This document shows, piece by piece, positions 1 through 11,222 of a stretch of 64,000 nt of DNA. A program made the position numbers and the translations under genes. How positions within the stretch are numbered: the stretch's first letter is position 1; the number at the start of each line of letters is the position of its first letter. Under the pieces are notes generated by a model. That model did no database searches and was not told where the DNA came from. It was given only the letters and a program-made list of their open reading frames with translations. This stretch comes from the human T2T-CHM13v2.0 reference genome, Homo sapiens, in the NCBI RefSeq assembly GCF_009914755.1, contig NC_060926.1. One strand, given 5' to 3'.

Positions 1-1577
1 AAAGGCAAAATAAGGTAGGAATTCAGACCACAGGGAGGCCATTCTAGAGGCATCAGCCAAGGAGTAAGTCAGCATTCCAGGTACACTGGCCTGCTGGGCA
101 CTTAAGTTGCTCTCTGTTCACTGAAGAAATAGATTGCTTTTGTTTCTCCTTTAAGCTTGCTCAATAGAGTTATTTTTACTACTAATATAGAGGATATTTA
201 TAAACGCTGCTCTTATTCATGCATTTTATATGACTGATTTTTCTCAGGTGGGATTTCCACCAGCACTCTTTAGAAAAATGCTACCCAAAACACTCACAGG
301 TTTTCACGTTTATTCAAGTTACTATATTACACTTATTGACCTACTGTACCTTTCTCTCTGGCTCCCCTGCTCAGTTTCTAGGAGAATCCTACACAACCTT
401 AAGTGCTCTGTATTCTTGCTCATATCTTTCTATAAGGAAATTCACTGATAAGACAGAATGGGAGGGTCCAAGTGTGAACATTATCTGTGAGGTTTTCTAG
501 TCTCTTGACCAAGTTTTCAAATTCTAAGCCCCATGAACCAAAATACATTCTTATAATAGTTACAGAAATCCAGGCCCAAGTAAGATTATTTTAAATTTCA
601 AATTACACTGGAGAACGCCAGTATCACCCACCCCATCCAGGCCTGAGTTAGAACTGAGTTAGTTCTGAAAGCTGCTTCTTATTGCATCTCCACAGGAAAT
701 AATTATGCTCAGAAAACATAAGGAATTTTTCATAATACTGGGTTGAGTGATCTTGAATCAAACTGAGATATGTCATTTCTCATCTGCTAAAGAAATGGCT
801 TTGGATAATAATGGATAAGATATCTCAAGTACCTTGGCTGGAAAAGGAAAGCAAATTACATATTTTCTGAAGAAGGAAATCTTATTAGCTCTATTATGTA
901 AAGGCTTATTCATTTTCTTGTGACTTCCTCTATAACATTGCTCCTTCTTCCTTCTAGTCCATCTTAAGAACACCTGTTGAGTCCAGAATTGTTAAGCACT
1001 TACTTTTTCATCCCAGCTTCAGTCCTTGATTTATCCAGTTGGTTGGTTGGTGGCTGTGACTTCCTCACAGCTGCTGCAACTGTTGCTACCACAATAGAAC
1101 ACGTTCTACCAACAGCTAAACTCCAGGGAGGTAGAGATGTTAACTCAAAATGGTTTAAATGTCCACAATTGCTAATGTCTCATAGAACAACTCTATTCCA
1201 ATTTCAGGACTAACAACAGTCCTGTTCTCTTCTTCTCCTGACCCTAAATTATATTGTAATTGAGTCAAAATCCCAGAGACTTGGATAGTACATTGAGAAG
1301 AGAAAAATGACGATAGCTCTGGCACTTTGTTGAACTTTATAGACTTTATCTGACCCTGACTGAGTAAAAAGATGACATATTACTGTCTTCCTGGGGCTGG
1401 TGTTAAGTCAGGTGTGGAAATAGCAATAGAAATATGATCTGTCTTCCCTCCAACAGTTTCTGAGCTGGGAATGGGCCCCTGAAACCTAACTCTATATTCA
1501 TCATCTCAACCTTCTCGTTAAAAACATGTATTACGCTGAGAAAGTTGAATGGTCCACAGGTTACTCATAACTTCCCA

Positions 1578-1700
1578 TTTTAGAGATTGAAAAGACCTCA
1601 GGGGTCTAGTCCAACCTCCCACCAAGAATAGGAATCCCTTTTACAGGATTTATGATCAAAAATGTTCAAGTCTCTGAGAATGTCCAGTGGCAGACCAAAT
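1578..1700 (-). mobile_element. L3/CR1 LINE 3' fragment
   Basis: gaaaagacctcaggggtctagtccaacctcccaccaagaataggaatcccttttaca resembles the antisense CR1/L3 3' end; highly diverged. Confidence 0.55.
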
Positions 1701-3884
1701 TTCCTTAAAAATCAGCCATACTCCAAAAAGATTTCAGAACACTGCTTTCTTCCAAACATCAGTTTCAAGCCACTGCAATAACGAATGGGAGTTTGGTTTG
1801 TAAAGGGATAAAATATCAGTTGTTAGGAGGTGTGTGGGGCAATACTTATTGGATAGATATTTTAAAGTGATCTGGAGGTTTTCCCAGTACACTGACTTTT
1901 TGGAGATTGGTGAGGATTCCAGAGGACCCTAAAGAAGGACATGAGGTGTGGATTGAGGAGCAAAAACAACCCCAAAAAACAAAATAAAAATATTGTTTTT
2001 AAAATCTGCCATGAAAGAAGAGATGCTTCACACGGCCCAGCTACTCAAGGTGATTAATGGCAATAAGGTGAAAGGTCTCCAAGGACTTTACTGGCATAGC
2101 TGTTATGCCTCTGTGGGTTGCTACTAAAGCTGAAGTACTTTCAGTACAATGGCGTCATTGAATCCAGGTACGGACTAGATCTGTGAGATGAGAGAGAAGT
2201 ATTGCTCTGCATTAAGAGATTAATTGATATCAGTGCTATATATGCTAAGATCAATGGATAGCCTCCACTGGCAGCTAAAGATGAGTTTTAAACTTTCCAG
2301 TTCCTCTTTTGGATTGATCATTGTATTTATATAATTCTCTTTATTCCTCTATCTCCTACAGAAATGAATCATTCCAACATATGAACCATATAGGCTTTAA
2401 TGATTTCACTTTGGGTCAGGTCCACTGGAGTATTAATCATACCTAAGGGCTGAGTTAGGTCTCTGTAGATACAAATGGCTTTTAAAATTCTATTTCATAA
2501 AGTTTTATTTCTCTGAATTAAACAGAGCCTTATAGCAGCATTGCCTATGGTGAGGACAATGACTTAAGTGTGGTCAAACTCAATTCCCCAAAACTTCATT
2601 TCCTCTCTTCTGCATCTTCATACTATCTCTCTTTGGGGTCATTTTTTATCAATCTTACGTACTCTTTTATCTCTGATCTTAACATGTACATGCATGTGAA
2701 CTCACACTCAGGGATGCACCAAAAATCTCTCACTTAATACTGCATCTTCTAGCCACTGTATTTCTCTTCCCCTTTATAAAGTCAGACCTCTTAAAAGCAA
2801 GAAAATCTGCACACTGACATTTTTGCAATTCTTCAGCTCACCCTTTCTGCTTCATGGAGGCTAGGCAGTAAATGTGTGAGGAGTGGGGCAATGACATCAC
2901 AGTTGGAATAGTAGCTAAAAATGGAAAAGAGTTTTGCAGAAGAGTGGCCAGACTGAGACTGCAAATGGTTATAGAAGTACATCTCTTCTATTTTCACAAA
3001 GTAGTTATTAGTATGATTACCACTGATTTGGAAAGCTAAAAATTTGCATGCTGAAAAAGCACAGAAAATTCAAAGTCCTCTTTTAGAGCTAATTATCTGG
3101 GAACATTAAACTAGACAACCCTTCAGAGCTGGCGTTGTTGTTTTCGATTTTATGGCATCGTCTGGTGCTTTTTCTGACCTGCAGCACTTAGGGTCCAAGG
3201 AAGTTGTGGCTTAGACTTTGGCCAGCAGGAGAGCAGTCCAGCTCAATGCTTAACACATTTGCCCTCTGTTCCACCTACAGATGCTTGATCATGGCCAGAT
3301 TTAGCTTTATGAGACTTTCACAGAATATTTTCTGATTTTCTTGATAATGTGCCAAGCCATGAACTAAATGATAAACCAAGGTTCCAAGCCCTTAGGTAGA
3401 TAAATCAGGATCATGTCCTTATCTGAAACTCTGCTGCCATTTCTAAAAGGTTTGAATTAGTTCTGTCATATCAAAAGCAATGTGTGTAGTCATTAAAATG
3501 GAAAGAGATAACAAACTACACTTCTGATATAAAGAAGAATACTCAAAGCCCAGCTGATGACTTACTTCTTAAGAAAAAAAAGTATCGGTATACACACAGA
3601 AAATAATGTGATTTTTGCAACTTTTTAGAGTTTATTCGATCATGACTTAAACTTTAGTAAAAAGTCACATTAAAATTATAACGTGACTTCAGGTCATTTG
3701 TTTGATTATATTTCTTTATTTTATATAAATGCATTCAATGCTTATTAAATGCTCTTCTATACTTGTCTGTACCTGTAAGAGACAACAGAGAAACAGATAT
3801 TAACAAGTGATTTTTATGTATGTGTGCTTTAAATTGCATTTTTAGTGTTAATTGGATAATGCCTATTCCACCAATGCTGCTTTG

Positions 3885-4345
3885 GGAAGTGCTCAATTTG
3901 CAGAGAACAGAATCAACTTTAGCTAATTTAAGAAGACATAGGGTTTTTAAAGGTTCTTAAATGACTTATACAATTGTTGACAAGGCTAAAAGGACATTCT
4001 AAAAGTAATTGTTGGAGTTATACGATAGAAATGAGCCATGAGGGGGGTTGATTATTCTGCCATAATCCAGACATTTGCCTGTGGGATTGGCAATCCATTG
4101 ATGCAGCTGCTAGCTCAGAACCCTGTCACTACTTTTATGATTTAGACAAAAAAAGTGGGTGTCCATAGTCTGTATTTCTCCTCTGTAGTCCTAATTTCAG
4201 CCTCTTGCTTGTGCTTCTGATTCATGGGAGTACATCATCTCTGAAACCACAGCTGCAAGAAATTTTAGAGACAGTAAATTTAGTTTTAGCTTTTACATTA
4301 TAGGAATATATCATAGGAATTGATGTGTGAGCAAACCCACAATAT
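3885..4345 (-). mobile_element. Old MLT1-family (ERVL-MaLR) solo LTR
   Basis: ttgcagagaacagaatcaactttagctaatttaag at the start and cagctgcaagaaattttagagacagtaaatttagttttagc near the end match antisense MLT1K/L/N-type LTRs. Confidence 0.5.
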
Positions 4346-4370
4346 CTGCTATGGATACAAATCTCTACAA

Positions 4371-4861
4371 TTGCTGGCCAATAGAGATATAATGCAAACC
4401 ATATATGTGAGGAAACAATAGACACTGTGGTCTACTTGAAGGGGAGGGGGGGAAGAGGAAGAGGAGCAGAAAAGATCATTATCGGATACTGGACTTAAAC
4501 CCGGGCGAGGAAATAATCTGTACAACACACCCCCGTGATACATATTTACTTATGTAACTAACAAACCTTCGCATGTAACTCCAAACCTAAAATAACAGTT
4601 TAAAAAATGGTCTGATAGCCACGTGAGAAAAGTAAAGAAAGACAAGTGAAATCAATTGTAATAATGTTTTACTTAATTCAGTATATCTCAAACATTATTT
4701 TAACATTTAAAATTATAAATGGCATACTTTACACTATTTTTACGCTGTCTTCAGAATTACATGTATGTTGTACATGTGCAACACACCTCAATTAAAAGTA
4801 GCCACATTTCAAGCATTCAACAATGAGTTGTGGCTGGTCACTACCCTATTGGACAATACAG
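4371..4861 (+). mobile_element. MER33-like hAT-Charlie MITE, split by an L1 3' fragment
   Basis: 5' part ctggccaatagagatataatgcaaaccatatatgt (4374-4408); resumes gatagccacgtgagaaaagtaaag...agccacatttcaagcattcaacaatgagttgtggctggtcactaccctattggacaatacag; ccaatag/ctattgg terminal inverted motif. Confidence 0.7.
4409..4607 (+). mobile_element. L1PA15/16-like 3' end (5'-truncated)
   Basis: aacaatagacactgtggtctacttgaagggg...gaaataatctgtacaacacacccccgtg...aacctaaaataacagtttaaaaaa is the L1PA 3' UTR. Confidence 0.8.
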
Positions 4862-4887
4862 ATATACAATAATCCAGTGTTTGTACA

Positions 4888-5273
4888 TGTATTAGTTCCT
4901 TCTCATGCTGCTATGAAGAAATACCCAAGACTGGGTAATTTATACAGGAAAGAGGTTTAATTGACTGACAGTTCCACAGGGCTGGGGAGTCCCCAGAAAA
5001 CTACAGTCATGGCCTAAGGGCAAGCAAACATGTCCTCCTTCACATGGCAGCAGGATGGAGAAAAATGAGAGACATGTAGAGCGAAGCGGGTTAAAGCCCC
5101 TCATAAAACCATCAGATCTCGTGAGAACTCACTATCAGGAGAACAGCACGGGGGACCTGCCCGCCATAATTCAGTCACTTCCCAAGATGTCCCTCCTGCA
5201 ACATGTGGGGATTATAATTTGGATTACAATTCAAGATGTGATTTGGGTGGGGACACATAGTGAGAACATATCA
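4888..5273 (-). mobile_element. THE1 (THE1C/D-like) solo LTR, ERVL-MaLR
   Basis: TG...CA termini (tgtattagttcc...gaacatatca); diagnostic aaaaccatcagatctcgtgagaactcactatca; 5-bp TSD gtaca/gtata. Confidence 0.9.
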
Positions 5274-6399
5274 GTATATTACATATAAACTCGGGACCAA
5301 TTTTCCACTAAGTTCATCTAAGCTTGATGACTTTCTTGTCTCTAAAAAGATTCCTTAAGGCAATTAGTTTCTCAAAGTAAATTACTAGTCTGTGTGCCCT
5401 TGACCTGTGCAGAACCTCAGAAACCTTAATGTTAAGGATGATGAATAAGTAACATGTGCCTTACACACCAACATGTCCATAATAAGCATTCAGTGCCTAT
5501 TTTACTGTATAATTGATTGAATGCACTGATGAATCAATTAATGAATGGGAACAAACAGTGGGCATTACCTATTAGCATTGTACTAGATTAAGAAATTAAA
5601 ATGATATAACATAGATTATGCCCAATACCCTTAAAGAGTGACTGTCATTCACTCTAACTTCATGAAATTCTTGCATCCGGTTGCTGATTCCAGGCTGACA
5701 TAATGCAAATAATTCACACGGTATGTGATATTTTATTTCTTTAAGTAGAGTGCCTAAAATTAAACATAGAAACATTAAAAATGAGGTTTTCTGGGTGGGA
5801 TTCAGATTTCTGAATATCTGAGTTGATAATGATAGCAGAGGGATTTTTTTTTTCAAATGCTTAAACTAAAACTACTGATTTCCTTGTGGCTTGTCAGATA
5901 TATTAGCCCTTAATAACAGGGTGACTAAAAGAACATACATTGAATAATTTTATTCCTCATTCTCAAGCTTGCAGTATCCCTTATTAAGGAGTAACTTAAA
6001 AACAGAAGATGATTAAACTACTGTTAGAGCCACATTTGACAGTATCCCCACCAACACACTTGGGTTTACTGCTGACCTCAGTCCTCTATGAAAATTAAAG
6101 ATAGAGAACAATTTCTAAATGGCATCAGTAATCTTGAAGAGACCTTGAGGTTCATGAATTTATGACTGTCAGTTTGTTTCATAGATGTTTGTATGTATTT
6201 CTATGGAAGCAAAAATCCACAATAAAATTTACATTTAAAAATATTTTCTTTAAAAGGCAACAAAAATCCAAATAAGCACTGCAATAAATGAAGAGACAAG
6301 AGTAGAAGAACCAGATGGCTTGAATAGCTCTTCTAATTCTGAGAGTTCATAGTTCCCTGGCTCCAATAACAGCCAACCTAACAGAATACCCAGACATTT

Positions 6400-6927
6400 G
6401 GATAGATTGCAATTTTTTTCTCCCACTCTGTGGGTTGCCTGTTCACTCTGATGACAGTTTAATTTGTTGTGCAGAAGACATTCACACGTATGTTAATTGC
6501 AGCACTATTTACAATAGCAAAGACATGGAATCAATCCAAATTGATTGGTGGTGAATATACACCATGGAATACTATGCAGCCATAAAAAGGAATGAGTTCA
6601 TGTCCTTTGGGAACTCCAGGGACATGGATGGATCTGGAAGCCATTATCCTCAGCAAACTAACGCAAGCACAGAAAACCAAACACCACATGTTCTCACTTA
6701 TAAGCGGGAGTTGAACAATGAGAACACATGGACACAGGGTGGGGAACAACACACACTGGGCCCTGTTTGGGAGTGGAGTGCGGGGAGGGAGAGCATTAGG
6801 AAACATAACTGATGCATGTTGGGATTAATACCTAGGTGATGGGTTGATAGGCGCAGCAAGCCACCATAGCACACGTTTTCCTGTGTAACAAACTTGCACG
6901 TCCTGCACACGTACCCCGCAACTTTAA
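6400..6927 (+). mobile_element. 5'-inverted, truncated L1PA (L1PA8-10-like)
   Basis: 6400-6477 is antisense ORF2 sequence; 6475-6927 is the sense ORF2 end plus 3' UTR (ORF 6564..6812 starts MEYYAAIKRNEFMSF); perfect 17-bp TSD agaatacccagacattt at 6383-6399 and 6928-6944. Confidence 0.9.
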
Positions 6928-7124
6928 AGAATACCCAGACATTTACACAAACAGGCTTTTCATCATTTTCATAGAAAAGAAACTATTTTTGCCTTCTATT
7001 AAGAAAGCACAATGCAATCTTGAGACAGTGCAAGGAGATGAACATGGAGAACAGAATACATGGTATAACTCAATGAAAAAAAATCTTCATTGAATGAGCA
7101 AAAAAGTAAACTTATAAAACAGAC

Positions 7125-7500
7125 ATGGATTACCTTCTATGGTCAGACATGTCATTGGTCAGTTGGTATAAAATAAGATGTGATCTCTGAATTTAAGGAA
7201 AAAAAGTAGCCTAAGGTGGGAAACAGACCAATATATAGAGAATGTAGTGTTAATAGAATATTATAAGGGGATATATTTAATTCTGTGGTATCCAAGATGA
7301 AAAGAGTATTATCTTGGTATCACGGCAGGTTGTGTGGAATAACTGTCATATGATTTAGGGTGTTAGAGAACGTGGTGGGAATGTACAGATGAAATTGAGG
7401 GATAATGTTTTAGAGAGAGTAGACAGCATGTAAAAATACTTCAGAGTATTATAAAACAAACTGTGTTCAAGGAGGCATAAGGTTTTGATATGAATGAAGA
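7125..7500 (-). mobile_element. L2 fragment
   Basis: diverged antisense L2 3' pattern (aagatgtgatctctgaatttaagga...gggaaacagac...agacagcatgtaaaaatac). Confidence 0.45.
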
Positions 7501-7654
7501 TATGGCACCCACTTGTGCTTTCTTACCTCCTTATTGCTGTCTCCCGAACTCTCCCTGGAGAGTAATAAAGAGGTAAGAAAAATGACCAAAAAACTATGCT
7601 AAGTCTAGAACGTTTTCTCATACGTCATTCCAAATATGTTCACTTATGTTATAC

Positions 7655-7962
7655 CAGTGTGTCCCAAATAATTCTGCAGAAATTATTAATGGGTAATCCA
7701 ATAAAATCAAATGAAGGTAAAAAAATAAAATACTTAATTCTGTAGTTAAATAAAAGTGGGAAAATCTGGTTAAATGAGGTAAGGTTTCTTCTATGCAAAA
7801 TTTCTCAGAGAGTTTGATATACTAATATTATATACATTATAAATGTTAAATAAATGCAAGAAACATTTCCAAAATACATATCACCATACAAAAGCATTTT
7901 TGAGCATGTAGATTAATAATCTGAGTTTGAGGGCTCTATGGAGCTCAGTTTAGGAAATGCTG
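7655..7962. mobile_element. hAT-Charlie MITE (subfamily uncertain)
   Basis: imperfect TIRs cagtgtgtcccaaa / tttaggaaatgctg; internal ggtttcttctatgcaaaatttctcagagagtttgatatactaat; degenerate 8-bp flanks tgttatac/ttctatag. Confidence 0.6.
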
Positions 7963-8564
7963 TTCTATAGGTCATAAAAATCATATATATCATATCTACC
8001 TATCATATAAATTTTGTTGATAGTATACAGTATAATTCATGTAAAAAGATTACTTGCCAGCCTGTTGTAATATTTCAAGTCTACATTGTCTACAGAACAC
8101 TATTTCCTTGAACAAATTAAGCACTATAGGAAACAACAAAAAGTGTTTCATATTTAAGTCAATTGTGAAAAGATGGGATAAAGGGCTTTGTTATTGCAAT
8201 TCTTCTTGGAGTGAGATTGATTACCCAAGAGAAAGGAAATTACTAGTGGAGGGAGAGCTTGGATGAGGGGAAGTGAATTGGATAAAAATGGATGGCCTAT
8301 ACGGTTAGGTTATTCTCCAAAGGAGGGACCCTTTTATATATATATATATACAACATTGAAGAAAGCAAAACCGTGGTCAGTAATTCTGTGATCTTTGGTC
8401 TGTTGCTGTTTAGACCAGTAGGATCTCGCCTGGCCTCATTTAGATGGTACACAGAGATAAGACTCTGACTATCTAAGTTGCTTTAAAGAATTTTGAGAAA
8501 GAAGTTAGACATAAAAGGCTATTTTAAAATAGATGGCTACTGACTGGATATATCTTGCAATAAA

Positions 8565-8655
8565 AGCTGACAAGAGAATGAAATATGGGCTAAAAGACAG
8601 TGCAATTTGGTTGATTTGTAACTGGTTGAAAGACTATACCCAAAATGTGATTATT
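8565..8655 (+). mobile_element. L3/CR1 RT fragment
   Basis: gacaagagaatgaaatatgggctaaaagacagtgcaatttggttgatttgtaactggttgaaagactatacccaaaa. Confidence 0.55.
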
Positions 8656-8682
8656 CATTTTTTCATTAGTTTATCATTCATT

Positions 8683-10520
8683 GATAGGCAAGGAAAATGA
8701 ACAGGTGATTCACAAAAGACATACCCTAATGACCAGAGAACATACAGATGAAAAGTTTAACCTTACTGTTGGCTGCATGTCCTATATTCTAGTAGAAGTC
8801 AGTTCTTTCCTGCCACAATCTGTACCACTCTATCTTACTCACACTCCTGATGACTTCTACCTTAGGGAAGGAGAAACACTGTTTCTGAGCAGGAACATTC
8901 AAAATAACAATTTGGCCATAATACTGAGGGTGGTGTGTGTGTGTGTGTGTGACAAAAACATTAAAGGATAGTTAGGAGCCATCCATTTTTGGAATGGTGT
9001 GTCCGATGCAATATGCAGAGTGTACAGCTGCAACCCAATTGGAAAGTGTCATCATTCTAGGGAGACAAAGTAAAGGAAAGACTATTTAAACTTACCTTAT
9101 AACAAAGAAAATAAAGATATAAAAAAAATCTCTTCAGTTTATAGTCTCACCAGTGCCGGAATTTCTGCTTAAGGCTAGTAATGAAAGTCTACATTTTCCT
9201 AGCCTTACCCTTTAAACATATATCTCCTTTGTGGACTTATCAGAAAGTGGTTTTATGGCCTCAGTAAGCAGTGAACAAGGATTCAAAGATTCAGGGCACT
9301 CTTTCTTACTATTAATCCAAAAAATGCAAATTAAAACAGCAAGCTATCTTTTTGGTCTATCAAATTGGCAAATATTTAAAATGAAGATATTATGCAGTGT
9401 TGATGAGGGTGTAGGGGCATAGATACGCTCATACTGCTGGTAGGAGTGTAAATTAGCTCAATCATTTTGAAGAGTAATTTGACAAGCTGTATCAAAAGCT
9501 TAAAAAAAAAACCCATGAGGCATTCCACTTCTAAGAATTTATCCTAATAGGATAATTCTAGGTGTGCTCAAATATTTATCTATATGCATATTCATTGAAA
9601 CATTGTTTAATAGAAGAAAAATTGGAAATAATCTAAATGCTCAATAATAAATGTTTGAATAAATTGTGTTATATCTACAGAGTGAAATATGGTGAACTCT
9701 CTGAAATGCTGCTATACAATAATGATGGGGGGAGAAATAAAACAAGATGGGCAGATTATAAGAGATTTAAGAAAAAAATCAACCATATTCCATATTAGGA
9801 CTTTGGATACTGATTTAACAAACTACCTCTAAAACAATCACTATGAGGCAATTAGGAAAATATATACACTGACTGGACATTTTATTATGTTAAGGAATTA
9901 TTTTAAATATTCTGGGGTGATAATAGCATTGTAACATGCACCTTTAAAAAATGTCGTCTTTTAGAAACACATACTGAAGTATTTACTAGTGAAGTAATAT
10001 AATGCCTAGAATCTGCTTTCCAAGAGCCCAGTGTGGGGAGTGGGAAGGTTGATGGGGATGTAGATAAAACACAATTGGCCAAATGTTGATAGTTATTGAA
10101 ATTAGGTGATAGGTAGATAAGGATTTATTATGCCTTTATTGTGTATGGGTTTTCAATTTTCATAACGAGAAATAAAGATAATTTTGTTGAATAATTATAT
10201 AAAATATTTTTATGATATTCATATAGTGTTGTTTAAAAATATGTCAAACAAACTATATAGAATAACCCAATATTTTCATATAGGAGCTCTATATATATGA
10301 TATCCATTAAAATATATATATTGAGTGAAGTGATAAACTGCTGACTTTTTTCCCAAATGACTGTTTTCCATATGGCTGAGAGAAGAAAATATGCTTGAAG
10401 AAGCTTTGTCTAAGTAGTAGTTTGGGAAAAGATTATGGTTGACATTTAATGAAGATTCATTGGACAACTATTTAAGGTTTAATCTAATTTATAAATTTTC
10501 AACAACAAATTTTACTTTAT
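8683..10520 (+). mobile_element. Old L1 (L1ME/L1MC) 3' fragments, interrupted by an LTR
   Basis: ORF2 3' motifs (aaatgcaaattaaaaca, catactgctggtaggagtgtaaattag, cattccacttctaagaatttatcc); an L1MC-type 3' UTR at ~9750-10177. Confidence 0.7.
8767..9305 (-). mobile_element. Solo LTR, probably ERV1 (MER90/MER92-like, tentative)
   Basis: 539-bp block starting tgttggc and ending gcactctttc; it splits a contiguous L1 motif (aaccttac|tattaatcc) with a 4-bp TSD ttac at 8763-8766 and 9306-9309. Confidence 0.6.
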
Positions 10521-11009
10521 TTCAAATGAAATAATACAAATTCTGAAAGATAACTTTGATTCTTTAAAAATATGCCATCAGCATGACTATATTTATTTGA
10601 AAGATTGAGGTATCAGAGCACCAAGAAATGACAGTTCTTCAATCTCCAGAATGTTACAAGTCTAGGCTATGGGAACTATGGTGGTGAAGGCCATATCTTT
10701 AGCCATTGTCTTTGAGAGAGAGGCATCCAATAACACACCGGTAGCAACAAAGACAAGATGAGTAAGGGCAAAGCTGAAATTGTTTAATGTATTTTTAATG
10801 ATGCACTAGCTCTATGTTACTTACTTGAGTTAATAAAAACTCCTATTAAATCATTGTTTCTATGAAATTTCAATTTTTTAAAAAACATCAGAATAAATAC
10901 ATAGGCCTATATAATATATTACATCCAATATCCTATCACAATTGTTTAGTTTTCCATAATAAATAATTTATTTGAGCACATCTCCCTACATATCTCTGCC
11001 CAAATTGGC

Positions 11010-11135
11010 TAATAAATTTTCTGAACTTTAGTTTTCTAATTTGCAAAAGATGTTCATAAAAGTATATAATACTGGATTAATTTAAAAATAAGTTATATAC
11101 AGTTTATGCAAAATCCCTTAGCACAGTGCCCAATG
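11010..11135 (+). mobile_element. MIR fragment
   Basis: ttctgaactttagttttctaatttgcaaaa...tatgcaaaatcccttagcacagtgcc. Confidence 0.55.
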
Positions 11136-11222
11136 TTCTTTCTTTTCCTTCTTGATCCACCCTTTCTTTCCTTTCTCCTGTTTTTCCTTTTATCCTTCTT
11201 TCTTTCCTCCTGTTCTTTCCTA
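11136..11222. repeat. CT-rich low-complexity tract
   Basis: almost pure pyrimidine, cttt/cctt units. Confidence 0.8.
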
